Assembly (NCBI GenBank): GCA_018242525.1
Contig: JAFEBS010000014.1
Location: 8,646-72,645, forward strand
Reading direction: 5' to 3'
DNA: 64,000 bases
Origin: Planctomycetota bacterium
Lineage (GTDB): Bacteria; Planctomycetota; Planctomycetia; Planctomycetales; Planctomycetaceae
The position numbers were made by a program, and so were the translations under genes. Every line of letters starts with the position of its first letter. Positions within the stretch are counted from its first letter, which is position 1. Shown in pieces: positions 55,370 through 64,000 of the stretch. The notes under the pieces are model-generated. The model saw only the letters and a program-made list of their open reading frames with translations. It had not been told where the DNA came from and did no database searches.

Positions 55370-55599
55370 TGCTGATTGAAGCTCCAATGGATAAAGCAGT
55401 GCATTGGATGGCTCCCGTCGATGCCGATGAAGAATTGGTCTTGGGGATTGGACCGAACAGCAAGACGGCCCATTCGCGCGGAGTCAATGTCGTGATGGCC
55501 AACGGGAGTGCTCGTTTTCTGAGTGTCAATGTGGATCGGAAGGTTTTGCGCGCCCTCATGACGATTAATGCCAATGACTCTGTGGGTTCAAATTGGTAG
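55369..55599 (+). pseudogene. stand-alone C-terminal fragment of a DUF1559 / H-X9-DG (prepilin-type processing-associated) protein
   Basis: AHSRGVNVVMANGSARFLSVNVDRKVLRALMT matches the H-X9-(D/N)G C-terminal motif region. The N-terminal prepilin-like leader and body are missing. The ATG overlaps the sulfatase TGA by 1 nt, so it may still be translated as a 76-aa peptide. Confidence 0.5.
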
Positions 55600-55606
55600 C
55601 CGGAAC

Positions 55607-55666
55607 CGTGAGACTTCGGACGAGCGCGGAATTGACGTCGAATACACCGAAGTCTCACGACTTCGG
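55607..55666. repeat. hairpin-repeat cluster: half copy CGTGAGACTTCGG (55607-55619) plus full copy CCGAAGTC-TCAC-GACTTCGG (55647-55666)
   Basis: The full copy is identical to 14096..14115. The half copy is its reverse-complement half, so the two can also pair with each other across a 27-nt loop. Confidence 0.55.
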
Positions 55667-55688
55667 CGACGACATTGGGGCAATTCAG

Positions 55689-57362
55689 TTATTCGACCGG
55701 TGGCCGATACCCTTCGGGTGGCTGGACGACCTCAAAGTCAGCGCCCTTGACCTTGCGCAATTCCTCGTGGATGTCTGGAATCCGCGGATCGGGTGCCATC
55801 GACAGCGACCATTCCAGTCCGTTGTCCGCGACGAACATGCCATACTTCTTCAGTCCCTTCAGGATCGTTTGCACGGTGGGCGAGAACCCCTTGAGGTCGA
55901 AGTCCTGGCGCAGGCGAAACCGTTCCCCCATGCGCGGCAGGTCTTCGTCGGATCCATGTCCCGCGTGATGGGTTGCCGGATAGACATAGGATTTGCGGCT
56001 GCGTCGGATCGTAAACCGCATGGCATGCTCAATCTCACCCCGTTGCAGTTCGTCGTAGCGGATGACGGCAGGAAAGATCGGTAGCCCGGCGGCGTCGGCG
56101 GATGTCCATGTGTCCGGCCGCAATCGATTGCTTTTTAGATCGAAGACCGACGACTGATCCGCTGCCCATCCACTTCCGATTCGACCCATGACAAAGAACT
56201 CGTACAGTTTGCCGCCCACAGGATCGAGGACGATCGCGTGCCGGTCTCCTTCGTACTGTGCTGGACGTTGTTGCAATTCGGCCAAAGTCAGCGGCTTGCC
56301 ATCCCTGGAATGCCATTTCGGCCAGCCTTCAATCGGCAGGCTGTCGGGCACCGGAAACGGGCCTGGATCGGATTCATCCGGATAACTCACCAGCTTCACG
56401 TCGACCTTCGGCTGCTGTGGCGGAACGATGACAAAACACATGTCATCGTTGACTCGCAGAACTTTGTCGCTGCCGATGCTGGCCACCATGGCTTGTGAAT
56501 TCGGATGCAGTGGCCAATCGGAAACGAGCAGATTCCAGGGATTGTCGGGAGGAAACAGTTCCAGCGCCGACAGGATGGCATCGGCCTCGGGAGTGTCGAA
56601 CGCGATCACCTTGTCGACCTTCGGCATCTTCGCGGCGCGAATTCGTGCAATTCGAGCGGGATCACCGGCAACTTTGACGGGCCTGGATTCCTGACCGGCG
56701 ACGCTGTCGTCCAGCGGTTCTACAATGAGATCAACCTTGGCATCACCAATCGTCCCCCGGACACGAAAGCGGCTTTTCGGCGGCGGCGTCGTTCCGGCCG
56801 GGGTGGCTACGGGAACGGCTGCGGCACCTGCTTCCAGGACAAGATCACTGAAGTAGAGTGTCGGCGATTTGCCTTCCTCACAGTTGACGTACCACTTGAG
56901 AACATTCGCCAGATCGGGACTCGAACCGTTCACGTTGACCAGGCGATCCAAATCGATCGAAACCGGATTGCGACCTGTTTCAAGCTTGATCTGATGGACC
57001 GCACGCGTCTGGTAGTTGAAGGTGCGCTTGTGGTTTACGTTGAATTCAAGCGTCGTTGCTTCGCCGGGATTGTGAATCGTGAATTTGACGCGGGAAAACG
57101 GTTTCCAGTTCTTTACCCGTGAATCTCGATCGCCGAAGCTGTCACCCGGGGCGAACACCACCTTCAATGCATCGCCACCCAGCTCAGTCAACTTCACGAT
57201 CGTCATCTTGGTTTTGCCATCGCTCCCGGTGTCATTGGGAATCTGTCCTTTGGACGGACTGATCAAGGGAAGGCTCGTCATGGCCGATTGGCCAATTGCG
57301 GCCCGAGCTGACAGGCAACAGACAAGGAACAACACACAGTGCAGTCGATGAATTCTGATCAT
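55689..57362 (-). CDS. conserved hypothetical secreted protein (N-terminal beta-sandwich + C-terminal catalytic-looking domain)
   Basis: ATG 57362 gives MIRIHRLHCVLFLVCCLSARAAIG. C-terminal motifs GDRHAIVLDPVGGKLYEFF, SADAAGLPIFPAVIRYDEL and HAMRFTIRRSRKSYVYPATHHAG recur in uncharacterised secreted proteins, from memory. It lies 20 nt downstream of the GT39 gene. Confidence 0.55.
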   Translation of the reverse strand: MIRIHRLHCVLFLVCCLSARAAIGQSAMTSLPLISPSKGQIPNDTGSDGKTKMTIVKLTELGGDALKVVFAPGDSFGDRDSRVKNWKPFSRVKFTIHNPGEATTLEFNVNHKRTFNYQTRAVHQIKLETGRNPVSIDLDRLVNVNGSSPDLANVLKWYVNCEEGKSPTLYFSDLVLEAGAAAVPVATPAGTTPPPKSRFRVRGTIGDAKVDLIVEPLDDSVAGQESRPVKVAGDPARIARIRAAKMPKVDKVIAFDTPEADAILSALELFPPDNPWNLLVSDWPLHPNSQAMVASIGSDKVLRVNDDMCFVIVPPQQPKVDVKLVSYPDESDPGPFPVPDSLPIEGWPKWHSRDGKPLTLAELQQRPAQYEGDRHAIVLDPVGGKLYEFFVMGRIGSGWAADQSSVFDLKSNRLRPDTWTSADAAGLPIFPAVIRYDELQRGEIEHAMRFTIRRSRKSYVYPATHHAGHGSDEDLPRMGERFRLRQDFDLKGFSPTVQTILKGLKKYGMFVADNGLEWSLSMAPDPRIPDIHEELRKVKGADFEVVQPPEGYRPPVE

Positions 57363-57382
57363 GAGGTCATTCCCTGATCGCA

Positions 57383-58891
57383 TTATCGTGTCGAGGAGTT
57401 CCGTTTGCCGTACGCAAATGGAAACTGCGTATGCTGCTTCGTGCACAGGAACACATGGACTTGACGAAACGGTTTACCGGATCGCGTCATCGGAAATGTC
57501 GCCAACGGTTCTACGCTTTGAAAATACGGTTTGTAAACATCGGGGTTCGGTACATCGTCGGCGGTCACAAAAATCCCATCTTTGCCAAGCCAGTCCTCAG
57601 GACGGCTCCAATAGGCAAATCCGCGGGCGTCTCCCTCATTGTAACAGGCTACGGGAACGAGATTCCGCTCGCAGAATGCCAACTGGCCACTGTCATACCA
57701 GCGGTTGGAAAAAAGAAACGTATTGGATCGTCCCAGGATCCCGCGGGACTTCAACGCGCGTCCGACCGATTCCCAGCCGCTGATCTCCCGTGCCGGATCT
57801 CTTTCCAATGGGAAATTGACGACCCCGAATCGAGCCTGTGCAATAAACAGGATCGCAATGAACAGCAGACTGGTGGGCATGATCACCACCCAGCGTCGGA
57901 CCAGGACCGGGGTCAGGTCGGCGTTTCGAGCCCACAGAGCCCCGACCAGCGGAAACAAAGGAACCACTCCGATCAATGGCCAATGGGGCAGGATGGGACG
58001 CATGCACGACACGCAAAAAAACAGACCGAGTGGAACCACGGACAGGCAGATCAACAATCGTTCGTTTCCGGGCAGCGTGGAAAAGTGGCGTAACCGCGTC
58101 ACCAGGGACGTGACACACGGAAACCAGATCCACGGCAGCAAATAGGCTATCGGGCCCAGGAGCATCATCGACAGACCGAGCGGGCTGAATTGAAAGCCCA
58201 CCGCCCGTCCTCCTTGAAACGCGATTGATGCCCAGTCGTGCTGAGCATTCCAGATCAGGACCGGAACCAGACCTCCCGCTGCCAGCAATGCGGCCAGATA
58301 GGGACCCGGAGTTTTCAGGACGGCCGACGCGCGCGGAGTGACGATCACATACATCAGCGTCCCCAGCGGCAACAGGACTGCGTGATACTTGCTGGCCATG
58401 GCACCGGCACATGCCACGCCAACCCAGGTCCATGCGAGGATCGGACGATCTGGTTCAAACAACGCGTTGCTCAGCGCCCGCATTGTCAACAAGGCAAAGA
58501 ACAGGAACGGACCGTCAGGCAGGACGAACACTCCGGCGGCGACTGAGTAGTAGGCCGCCATATTGAATGCGAACGCGGCATAAAAGCCCGCCCGCTCACC
58601 GAACCAGCGTGCGGTCCAGTCAAACAGGATCCATGTACTGCCGGCAAACAGCAGGATGAATCCGAGTCGCAGGGACAATGGATGCACCCAGCCGCCGCAG
58701 AGGGTCAGGCCGAATTTGGCCACGACCATCAACATGGGTGGATGATCAAAGTAGCTCCAATCGGGGTGAAGCGTGTACAGGTAGTGATAGGCCTCATCAT
58801 TCCCAAGCTCCAGGACTGCCGCCCAGCACAGTCGCAGGAAAAACGTCACCACGATCAGCAGCAGCACGTTACGGCGAGGAGACCAGGGCAT
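57383..58891 (-). CDS. GT39/GT83-like (ArnT/PMT family) polytopic glycosyltransferase
   Basis: LELGNDEAYHYLYTLHPDWSYFDHPPM first-loop motif (the DE/acidic loop typical of the ArnT/PMT family). More than 10 TM helices. Start taken at ATG 58891. Confidence 0.8.
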   Translation of the reverse strand: MPWSPRRNVLLLIVVTFFLRLCWAAVLELGNDEAYHYLYTLHPDWSYFDHPPMLMVVAKFGLTLCGGWVHPLSLRLGFILLFAGSTWILFDWTARWFGERAGFYAAFAFNMAAYYSVAAGVFVLPDGPFLFFALLTMRALSNALFEPDRPILAWTWVGVACAGAMASKYHAVLLPLGTLMYVIVTPRASAVLKTPGPYLAALLAAGGLVPVLIWNAQHDWASIAFQGGRAVGFQFSPLGLSMMLLGPIAYLLPWIWFPCVTSLVTRLRHFSTLPGNERLLICLSVVPLGLFFCVSCMRPILPHWPLIGVVPLFPLVGALWARNADLTPVLVRRWVVIMPTSLLFIAILFIAQARFGVVNFPLERDPAREISGWESVGRALKSRGILGRSNTFLFSNRWYDSGQLAFCERNLVPVACYNEGDARGFAYWSRPEDWLGKDGIFVTADDVPNPDVYKPYFQSVEPLATFPMTRSGKPFRQVHVFLCTKQHTQFPFAYGKRNSSTR

Positions 58892-59101
58892 CAAAGAATC
58901 GCAATCTAATTCAGTAGTCGGTGAGTTGTCGTCCGCGACAAGTTCTGTGATTCGGGTGATTTGTGCAAGCCAAGTTGAGACCAAAGTGGCCTGACTTCCC
59001 GCGTGGGGAAGATCGCCAACACTCTCTGCGTACCGGCATCTTTTCCTGTCGCAGATTTCGTAAGTATTCGGGGCGAATGGCGGTCACGCGTGCTGAATTC
59101 A

Positions 59102-59842
59102 TCATCCTCGAAACTCAGTGGGCGTCACCCCGGTCGCCGCGCGAAAGGCGCGGGTAAATGCACTGTGGTCGTAAAAGCCGCACGCCAGAGCAATCTCGGC
59201 CACGGTCCGATTCGTTTCCCGCAACAGCCGTGCGGCGGCCGTCAGGCGAGTCTTCGTGATGAAATGGCTCGGGGTCAGCCCAAATAACCGTTTCGTAAGG
59301 CGAGCCAGTCGCGGCTGACTCAGTTTGGAGCGCAGGGCCAGCAAGGCCGGAGTAATCGGATCGTCCAGGTTTTGTTCCATCGCGGTGATGGCGGCGGCGA
59401 AGTTTGGCGGGATTTCGTCCGGCTCAATCGGGACGCGGACATCGCGCGAGATGCCAATGACTCCCGCGATCGCTCCGTCCGCGGCGTGAATCGGCAGTTT
59501 CGTCGTCAGGCACCAGCCCGGTTTGTGAGGTTGGTACCAGTGCAGTTCCAGGTGATTCAGCAGCGGGCGTCCCGTTCGAATTACCGCGGCGTCTTGTTCC
59601 GAGGGAATTCGTCCCAGGTCACCCGGACAGATATCGCTGGGTCGCTTGCCAATCACCTGCGATTTGTGTTTCAACCCGTGTCGGATCGCGAGCGAATCGT
59701 TGGCGGACAGATACCGGCCATCGACATCCTTGACGAAGAAGGTGACGTCCGGGGACTGGTCGAACAGTTGTTCCAGCAGCGTCACGCCGATCGGCGGGAC
59801 AGGGATCGGAGTGTTCGAGGGGCGAGTTGTGCGCGATTTCAT
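59102..59842 (-). CDS. AraC-family transcriptional regulator with N-terminal PAS-like sensor domain
   Basis: The [32 protein letters not shown]-like start. The C-terminal AraC HTH is ...[36 protein letters not shown] 59842 preferred over TTG 59854. Confidence 0.85.
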   Translation of the reverse strand: MKSRTTRPSNTPIPVPPIGVTLLEQLFDQSPDVTFFVKDVDGRYLSANDSLAIRHGLKHKSQVIGKRPSDICPGDLGRIPSEQDAAVIRTGRPLLNHLELHWYQPHKPGWCLTTKLPIHAADGAIAGVIGISRDVRVPIEPDEIPPNFAAAITAMEQNLDDPITPALLALRSKLSQPRLARLTKRLFGLTPSHFITKTRLTAAARLLRETNRTVAEIALACGFYDHSAFTRAFRAATGVTPTEFRG

Positions 59843-59933
59843 GGTGGGATGCAATTTCTGGCCAAGTCACGACAATGGTGTCCAAGTAGAATCGGATCGT
59901 CGTGGCCCGTCCATTCCAATCGGAACATTGTTC

Positions 59934-61037
59934 ATGAAGATTACTCGGATCTTTGCCCATCGCGTTGAATTGCCGCTGGTCGAAGGGTGCTACAGATGGT
60001 CCGGCGGCAAATCCGTCTCGGTGTTCGACAGCACCATCGTCGGAGTGGAAACGGACACCGGCCTGGTCGGTTATGGCGAAGTCTGCCCGCTGGGGCCGTT
60101 CTATCTGCCCGCCTATGCCGAAGGAGTGCGAGCTGGATTGAGGGAACTGGGGCCACATCTGCTGGGTTTCGATCCCCGCGAATTGTCCAGGTTGAATCAC
60201 CGCATGGACGCCGCTTTGAAAGGGCATCCCTACGTCAAATCCGGGATCGACATCGCCTGCTGGGACATCCTGGGGAAGGCGACGGGCCTGCCGGTCTGCG
60301 TCCTGCTGGGGGGCCGTTTCGGAGAAAGCGTCCGGCTGTACCGGGCGATCTCGCAGGAATCCCCGGAAGAGATGGCGCGCAAGGTTTCCAGTTATCGAGC
60401 CGAAGGATACACGCGGTTCCAGTTGAAAGTGGGAGGCGACCCGGATTTGGATATTGAACGGATTCGAGCCGTTCGCGCCATGCTGTTGCCTTCGGATCGA
60501 CTGGTTGCCGACGCAAATACCGGGTGGACCCAGCACGAGGCGGTTCGAGTGGTCCGCGCCGTACGGGACGTGGATGTCTACATCGAACAGCCCTGCCTGA
60601 CCTATGAGGAATGCCTGGCGGTTCGACGCCTGACCGACCACCCGTTCGTGCTCGACGAAAACGTTGACGGCCTGGACATGCTGCTCCGCGCCAAGTCAGA
60701 CCTGGCGATGGATGTCGTCAATTTGAAGATCAGCAAGCTGGGAGGACTCACCAAGACTCGACAGGCGCGCGATCTGTGTGTATCGATGGGGATCGCCATG
60801 ACGCTGGAAGACAGTTGGGGGGGCGACATCACCACCGCGGCGATCGCTCACCTGGCCTACAGCACCCCGGAGGAATATCGTTTCACCAGCACAGATTTTA
60901 ACAGCTACGTCACGGTCAGCACTGCCATCGGGGCACCACAGCGTCAAAACGGCTTCATGACAACGAGTGCCGCACCGGGACTGGGCGTTTCTCCCAGATT
61001 CGACGTCCTGGGGCCACGCGTTGTTGAGGTTCATTGA
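59934..61037 (+). CDS. enolase-superfamily enzyme, mandelate racemase/muconate lactonizing (MLE-subgroup) family
   Basis: FQLKVGG, metal ligands in VADANTGW / YIEQP / LDEN, and a second catalytic Lys in NLKISKLGG. The layout resembles proline-derivative epimerase/dehydratase members, but the substrate cannot be assigned from sequence. Confidence 0.85.
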   Translation: MKITRIFAHRVELPLVEGCYRWSGGKSVSVFDSTIVGVETDTGLVGYGEVCPLGPFYLPAYAEGVRAGLRELGPHLLGFDPRELSRLNHRMDAALKGHPYVKSGIDIACWDILGKATGLPVCVLLGGRFGESVRLYRAISQESPEEMARKVSSYRAEGYTRFQLKVGGDPDLDIERIRAVRAMLLPSDRLVADANTGWTQHEAVRVVRAVRDVDVYIEQPCLTYEECLAVRRLTDHPFVLDENVDGLDMLLRAKSDLAMDVVNLKISKLGGLTKTRQARDLCVSMGIAMTLEDSWGGDITTAAIAHLAYSTPEEYRFTSTDFNSYVTVSTAIGAPQRQNGFMTTSAAPGLGVSPRFDVLGPRVVEVH

Positions 61038-61138
61038 ACCCCCGATGATGAGTGGTACCGCCGTTTAAGTTTTGGGAAACTTGATTCGCTTCACAACAAC
61101 AGACCCCGGGGACTCAAGGTACCGGGCAGGAATCTCCA

Positions 61139-64000
61139 ATGAAATACTTCGCGGCCTTGCTGATTGTCGTCACCGCGGCCAGTCCGTCGTATGCCCAGGA
61201 ACCCATTCCGGCCCGCCGACCGCAACTTCAGATCCTGAATGAGTCGCCCCAACCGATCGATCTCTTCTGGCTGAAGTCCGATACCGAGCGTATTCCAAAC
61301 GGAACTGTCGATCCTGGCAAACAGACAACGATCTCAACCACGCTTGGGCACCGCTTCGCCATCGTCGGACGAGATGACAAGACCGAAGCCCTGGTGGCCA
61401 GTCAGGTCCCGATCCAGGCGTTTCGATTTGACCCTGCCAACAAGCACGGGGCCCCGGAATTCTACACGCAAAGCATCAGCGCCAACGGCCTGCCCATCGT
61501 TGCGTCGAAAGACGTCAGCCCCTATGCGCTCAAGGAGGCGCAGTATCTGGTAAACATCATGCTCGCCCAGCGGCCCGACGTGCGGGACGCGATGGTGAAA
61601 AGCGGTTCCCGCCTGTGCATCATTGCCCATAACGAATTCACCACAGACCTGCCGGAGTTCGCACACATGGCAGAGGGGCAGGCTCCCGACGCCAATCTGA
61701 AGCGGTATAGCGCCAAGGATTTCTGGGATGCTCGGGCTCGGGGAACCGGTGGCAGTGAAACCGACCCGTATTGTTCCTGCGGTGAAGAGAATCTGCTGGG
61801 ATACGCGGGCGACCCCTATTCCACCGAATGCATCCTGATCCACGAACTGGCTCATAACATTCATCTGCGGGGCCTGATGAACGTGGACCCCACCTTCGAC
61901 AGCCGGTTGAAGACCACCTATCGCCAGGCGATGGATGCCGGCTTGTGGAAGGGCAAGTACGCCTCGGTCAATCGCCACGAGTACTTCGCCGAGGGAGTGC
62001 AATCGTGGTTCGACAACAATCGTGAAAACGATCACGACCATAATCATGTGAACACCCGCGCCGAATTGCTGCAGTACGATCCCAGGCTGGCCGCACTTTG
62101 TAAGGAAGTGTTTGGCGACACAGAACTGAAGTACACCAAGCCCGTCACCCGTTTGAAAGATCATCTGCAGGGATACAATCCCGCGACCGCCCCGAAATTC
62201 GTCTGGCCCGGACGACTTGCTGAAGTCAAGCAGGCGATCCGCCAGGGAGCGGAAGCGCGAAATCGCGCGGCAACCGATCTGACGCTCGACCGGATCTTTA
62301 ATTCGTCCGAACTGCACGAAGAAAAACAGGGAAACTTCGTCTGGAGCAAACTGTCCGGTTCCTATTTTGCCCTGGAAACTCCTGCGGAACCGAAGGCCGA
62401 AGGTGATGATGCCGCGAAGAAGCCCACTGGCCGTGAACTTGTTCGGATCGATGCAGCGAGCGGAATGCGGGAAGTCGTCGTTCCGGCACTGGCGTTTGTT
62501 CCAGAAGAAGGAAAGTCGCCGTTGTCGGTGGAAGCGTATGAATTCTCGGCCGACGAATCGAAGCTGCTGATCTACACCAACAGCCAGCGCGTCTGGCGTC
62601 GCAACACCCGGGGCGATTACTGGTTGCTGGACGTGGGATCACGGAAACTCACGAAGTTGGGCGGCGACGCCGAGCCTGCCACGATGATGTTTGCGAAGTT
62701 CTCACCCGACGCCACGCGGATCGCATATGTCTGCAAGAATAACATCTATGTGCAGGATCTGAAGGATTGGAAAGTGATTCCGCTGACAACAGATGGAGCC
62801 ACGCATCTGATCAACGGGACGGGCGATTGGGTGAATGAAGAAGAACTCGATATTCGCGATGGGTTCCGCTGGAGTCCTGACGGACAGTCGGTCGCCTTCT
62901 GGCAATTTGACACGACAGGCGTTCCCGAATTCTTCCTGATCGACAATGCCGCAGGAACCCATTCCCGCCCGACCGCATTTGCGTATCCGAAAGTCGGCGG
63001 AACGAATTCCGCCGCGCGCATTGGCGTTGTGGGAGTGGCCGGGGGACTCGTCCGCTGGCTCGACGTTCCGGGTGACTCACGAAACCACTATCTGGCGCGG
63101 ATGGAATGGACCCCGAACGGACAACAGATTCTGCTGCAGCAGTTCAATCGACTGCAGAATACCAATCGAGTCCTGCTGGCCGATCCCAAGACTGGGGCCA
63201 CTCAGACAATCCACACCGAGACCGATGAAGCGTGGCTGGAAAATGAGAACCCGGTCCGGTGGCTGGATGCAGGGCGAGCCTACCTGTGGCTGAACGAGAG
63301 TGACGGCTGGCGGCACGCCTACACCGCCACGGTCGACGGGAAGCCGCTGACACTGCTGACACCCGGTGAATTCGATCTGCTGAAGATTGAAGCCGTGGAC
63401 GAGAAGTCCGGAACGCTCTATTACACCGCGTCACCCGATAACCCGACGCAGTCGTACCTGTACCGCACGTCACTGAAAGCCGGTGGAGCCCAACAGCGTT
63501 TGACCCCCGCCGATCAGCCGGGCTGGCATACTTACAGTTTCTCCCCCAACCACGAATGGGCGTTTCACACCTATTCGACGTTGACGACTCCCCCGGTGGT
63601 CGACGTGATCCGAATGTCCGACCACTCGGTTGTGCGGCCCCTGGTGACCAATCAGAAGTTGAAAGACGCACTGGCGGCACTCCGGCCGACCCCTACGGAA
63701 TTCACGCGTCTGGATATCGGGAACAATGTGCAACTGGATGCCTGGACCATGCAGCCTGCTCAGTTGGATCCGCAAAAGAAATATCCGCTGCTGATGTATG
63801 TCTATGGCGAACCACACGGACAGACAGTCCGGGATGTGTGGCAGGGGACCCGGGGACTGTGGCACCGGATGCTGGCTCAACAGGGGTACATGGTCGCCAG
63901 CGTTGACAATCGCGGCACCATGTCGCCACGCGGTCGAGCCTTCCGAAAATGTGTCTACCGCCAGATCGGCATCATCGCTCCCGGGGAACAGGCCGCCGCC
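61139..64000 (+). CDS. fusion protein: N-terminal HExxH metallopeptidase-like domain + dipeptidyl-peptidase IV (S9B) beta-propeller and start of the S9 hydrolase domain; 3' end outside the window
   Basis: Absent from the ORF track because no stop occurs before the window end; I translated all 954 codons by hand without finding a stop. Signal peptide MKYFAALLIVVTAASPSYAQE. ILIHELAHNIH at 61841-61855 plus a downstream EYFAEGVQSWF. DPP-IV N-domain FSPDATRIAYVCKNNIYVQDL...TTDG...INGTGDWVNEEEL...RWSPDGQSVAFWQFD. S9 domain start YPLLMYVYGEPHGQ...GYMVASVDNRGT. Confidence 0.85.
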   Translation, partial: MKYFAALLIVVTAASPSYAQEPIPARRPQLQILNESPQPIDLFWLKSDTERIPNGTVDPGKQTTISTTLGHRFAIVGRDDKTEALVASQVPIQAFRFDPANKHGAPEFYTQSISANGLPIVASKDVSPYALKEAQYLVNIMLAQRPDVRDAMVKSGSRLCIIAHNEFTTDLPEFAHMAEGQAPDANLKRYSAKDFWDARARGTGGSETDPYCSCGEENLLGYAGDPYSTECILIHELAHNIHLRGLMNVDPTFDSRLKTTYRQAMDAGLWKGKYASVNRHEYFAEGVQSWFDNNRENDHDHNHVNTRAELLQYDPRLAALCKEVFGDTELKYTKPVTRLKDHLQGYNPATAPKFVWPGRLAEVKQAIRQGAEARNRAATDLTLDRIFNSSELHEEKQGNFVWSKLSGSYFALETPAEPKAEGDDAAKKPTGRELVRIDAASGMREVVVPALAFVPEEGKSPLSVEAYEFSADESKLLIYTNSQRVWRRNTRGDYWLLDVGSRKLTKLGGDAEPATMMFAKFSPDATRIAYVCKNNIYVQDLKDWKVIPLTTDGATHLINGTGDWVNEEELDIRDGFRWSPDGQSVAFWQFDTTGVPEFFLIDNAAGTHSRPTAFAYPKVGGTNSAARIGVVGVAGGLVRWLDVPGDSRNHYLARMEWTPNGQQILLQQFNRLQNTNRVLLADPKTGATQTIHTETDEAWLENENPVRWLDAGRAYLWLNESDGWRHAYTATVDGKPLTLLTPGEFDLLKIEAVDEKSGTLYYTASPDNPTQSYLYRTSLKAGGAQQRLTPADQPGWHTYSFSPNHEWAFHTYSTLTTPPVVDVIRMSDHSVVRPLVTNQKLKDALAALRPTPTEFTRLDIGNNVQLDAWTMQPAQLDPQKKYPLLMYVYGEPHGQTVRDVWQGTRGLWHRMLAQQGYMVASVDNRGTMSPRGRAFRKCVYRQIGIIAPGEQAAA

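Noticed and set aside
61334-62317. 327-aa minus-strand ORF, the largest ORF the track lists in this region
   Set aside because: It is antisense to the unlisted plus-strand CDS 61139..64000, which carries HExxH and DPP-IV motifs and has no stop codon over 954 codons.
1-64000. Search by eye for tRNA/rRNA genes, CRISPR repeat-spacer arrays, intact IS elements or integrases, and classic defence genes
   Set aside because: I recognised none. No T-loop-like GGTTCGAATCC contexts, no regularly spaced direct repeats, and no transposase or integrase beyond the RAYT remnant. A tRNAscan/Infernal run would be needed to exclude small RNAs.

Overview
This 64-kb chromosomal segment has the gene content of a Planctomycetota genome. 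It carries two DUF1501 genes, a PVC-type heme-binding CxxCH/HEAT protein, two formylglycine-type sulfatases, DUF1080, a DUF1559 H-X9-DG fragment and TIGR03000-like domains. Hand counts of single 60-nt lines give about 60% GC in ordinary genes. About 50 CDS are supportable. I recognised no rRNA, tRNA or CRISPR array. Housekeeping blocks are rnpA-yidD, a J-domain protein, an MFP+RND efflux pair, an M16 peptidase pair, a UbiA/HhH-GPD glycosylase pair, NUDIX, a 2-hydroxyacid dehydrogenase and csrA-uppS-cdsA. Two CDS run off the window and are truncated or absent in the supplied ORF track: 1..731 (+) and 61139..64000 (+), the latter a HExxH-domain/DPP-IV (S9B) fusion with no stop before the window end. 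The most unusual region is about 14.3-24.0 kb. It holds two secreted hypothetical proteins, then a ~1,736-aa secretin homologue whose N-type domain and barrel domain are each split by very large helical insertions. Next comes a strongly SD-led protein made of a tandemly duplicated ~61-aa module plus a histone-H1-like Lys/Ala tail, then two convergent paralogues combining a TIGR03000-like beta domain with ERDxLQ heptad coiled coils. No T2SS/T4P ATPase, platform or pilin genes are nearby. Several intergenic palindromic or REP-like repeat families are present, one pair bracketing a RAYT-type transposase remnant. One sulfatase gene is flanked by two truncated gene fragments. All family calls come from motif recognition by eye, and none has been confirmed by a database search.
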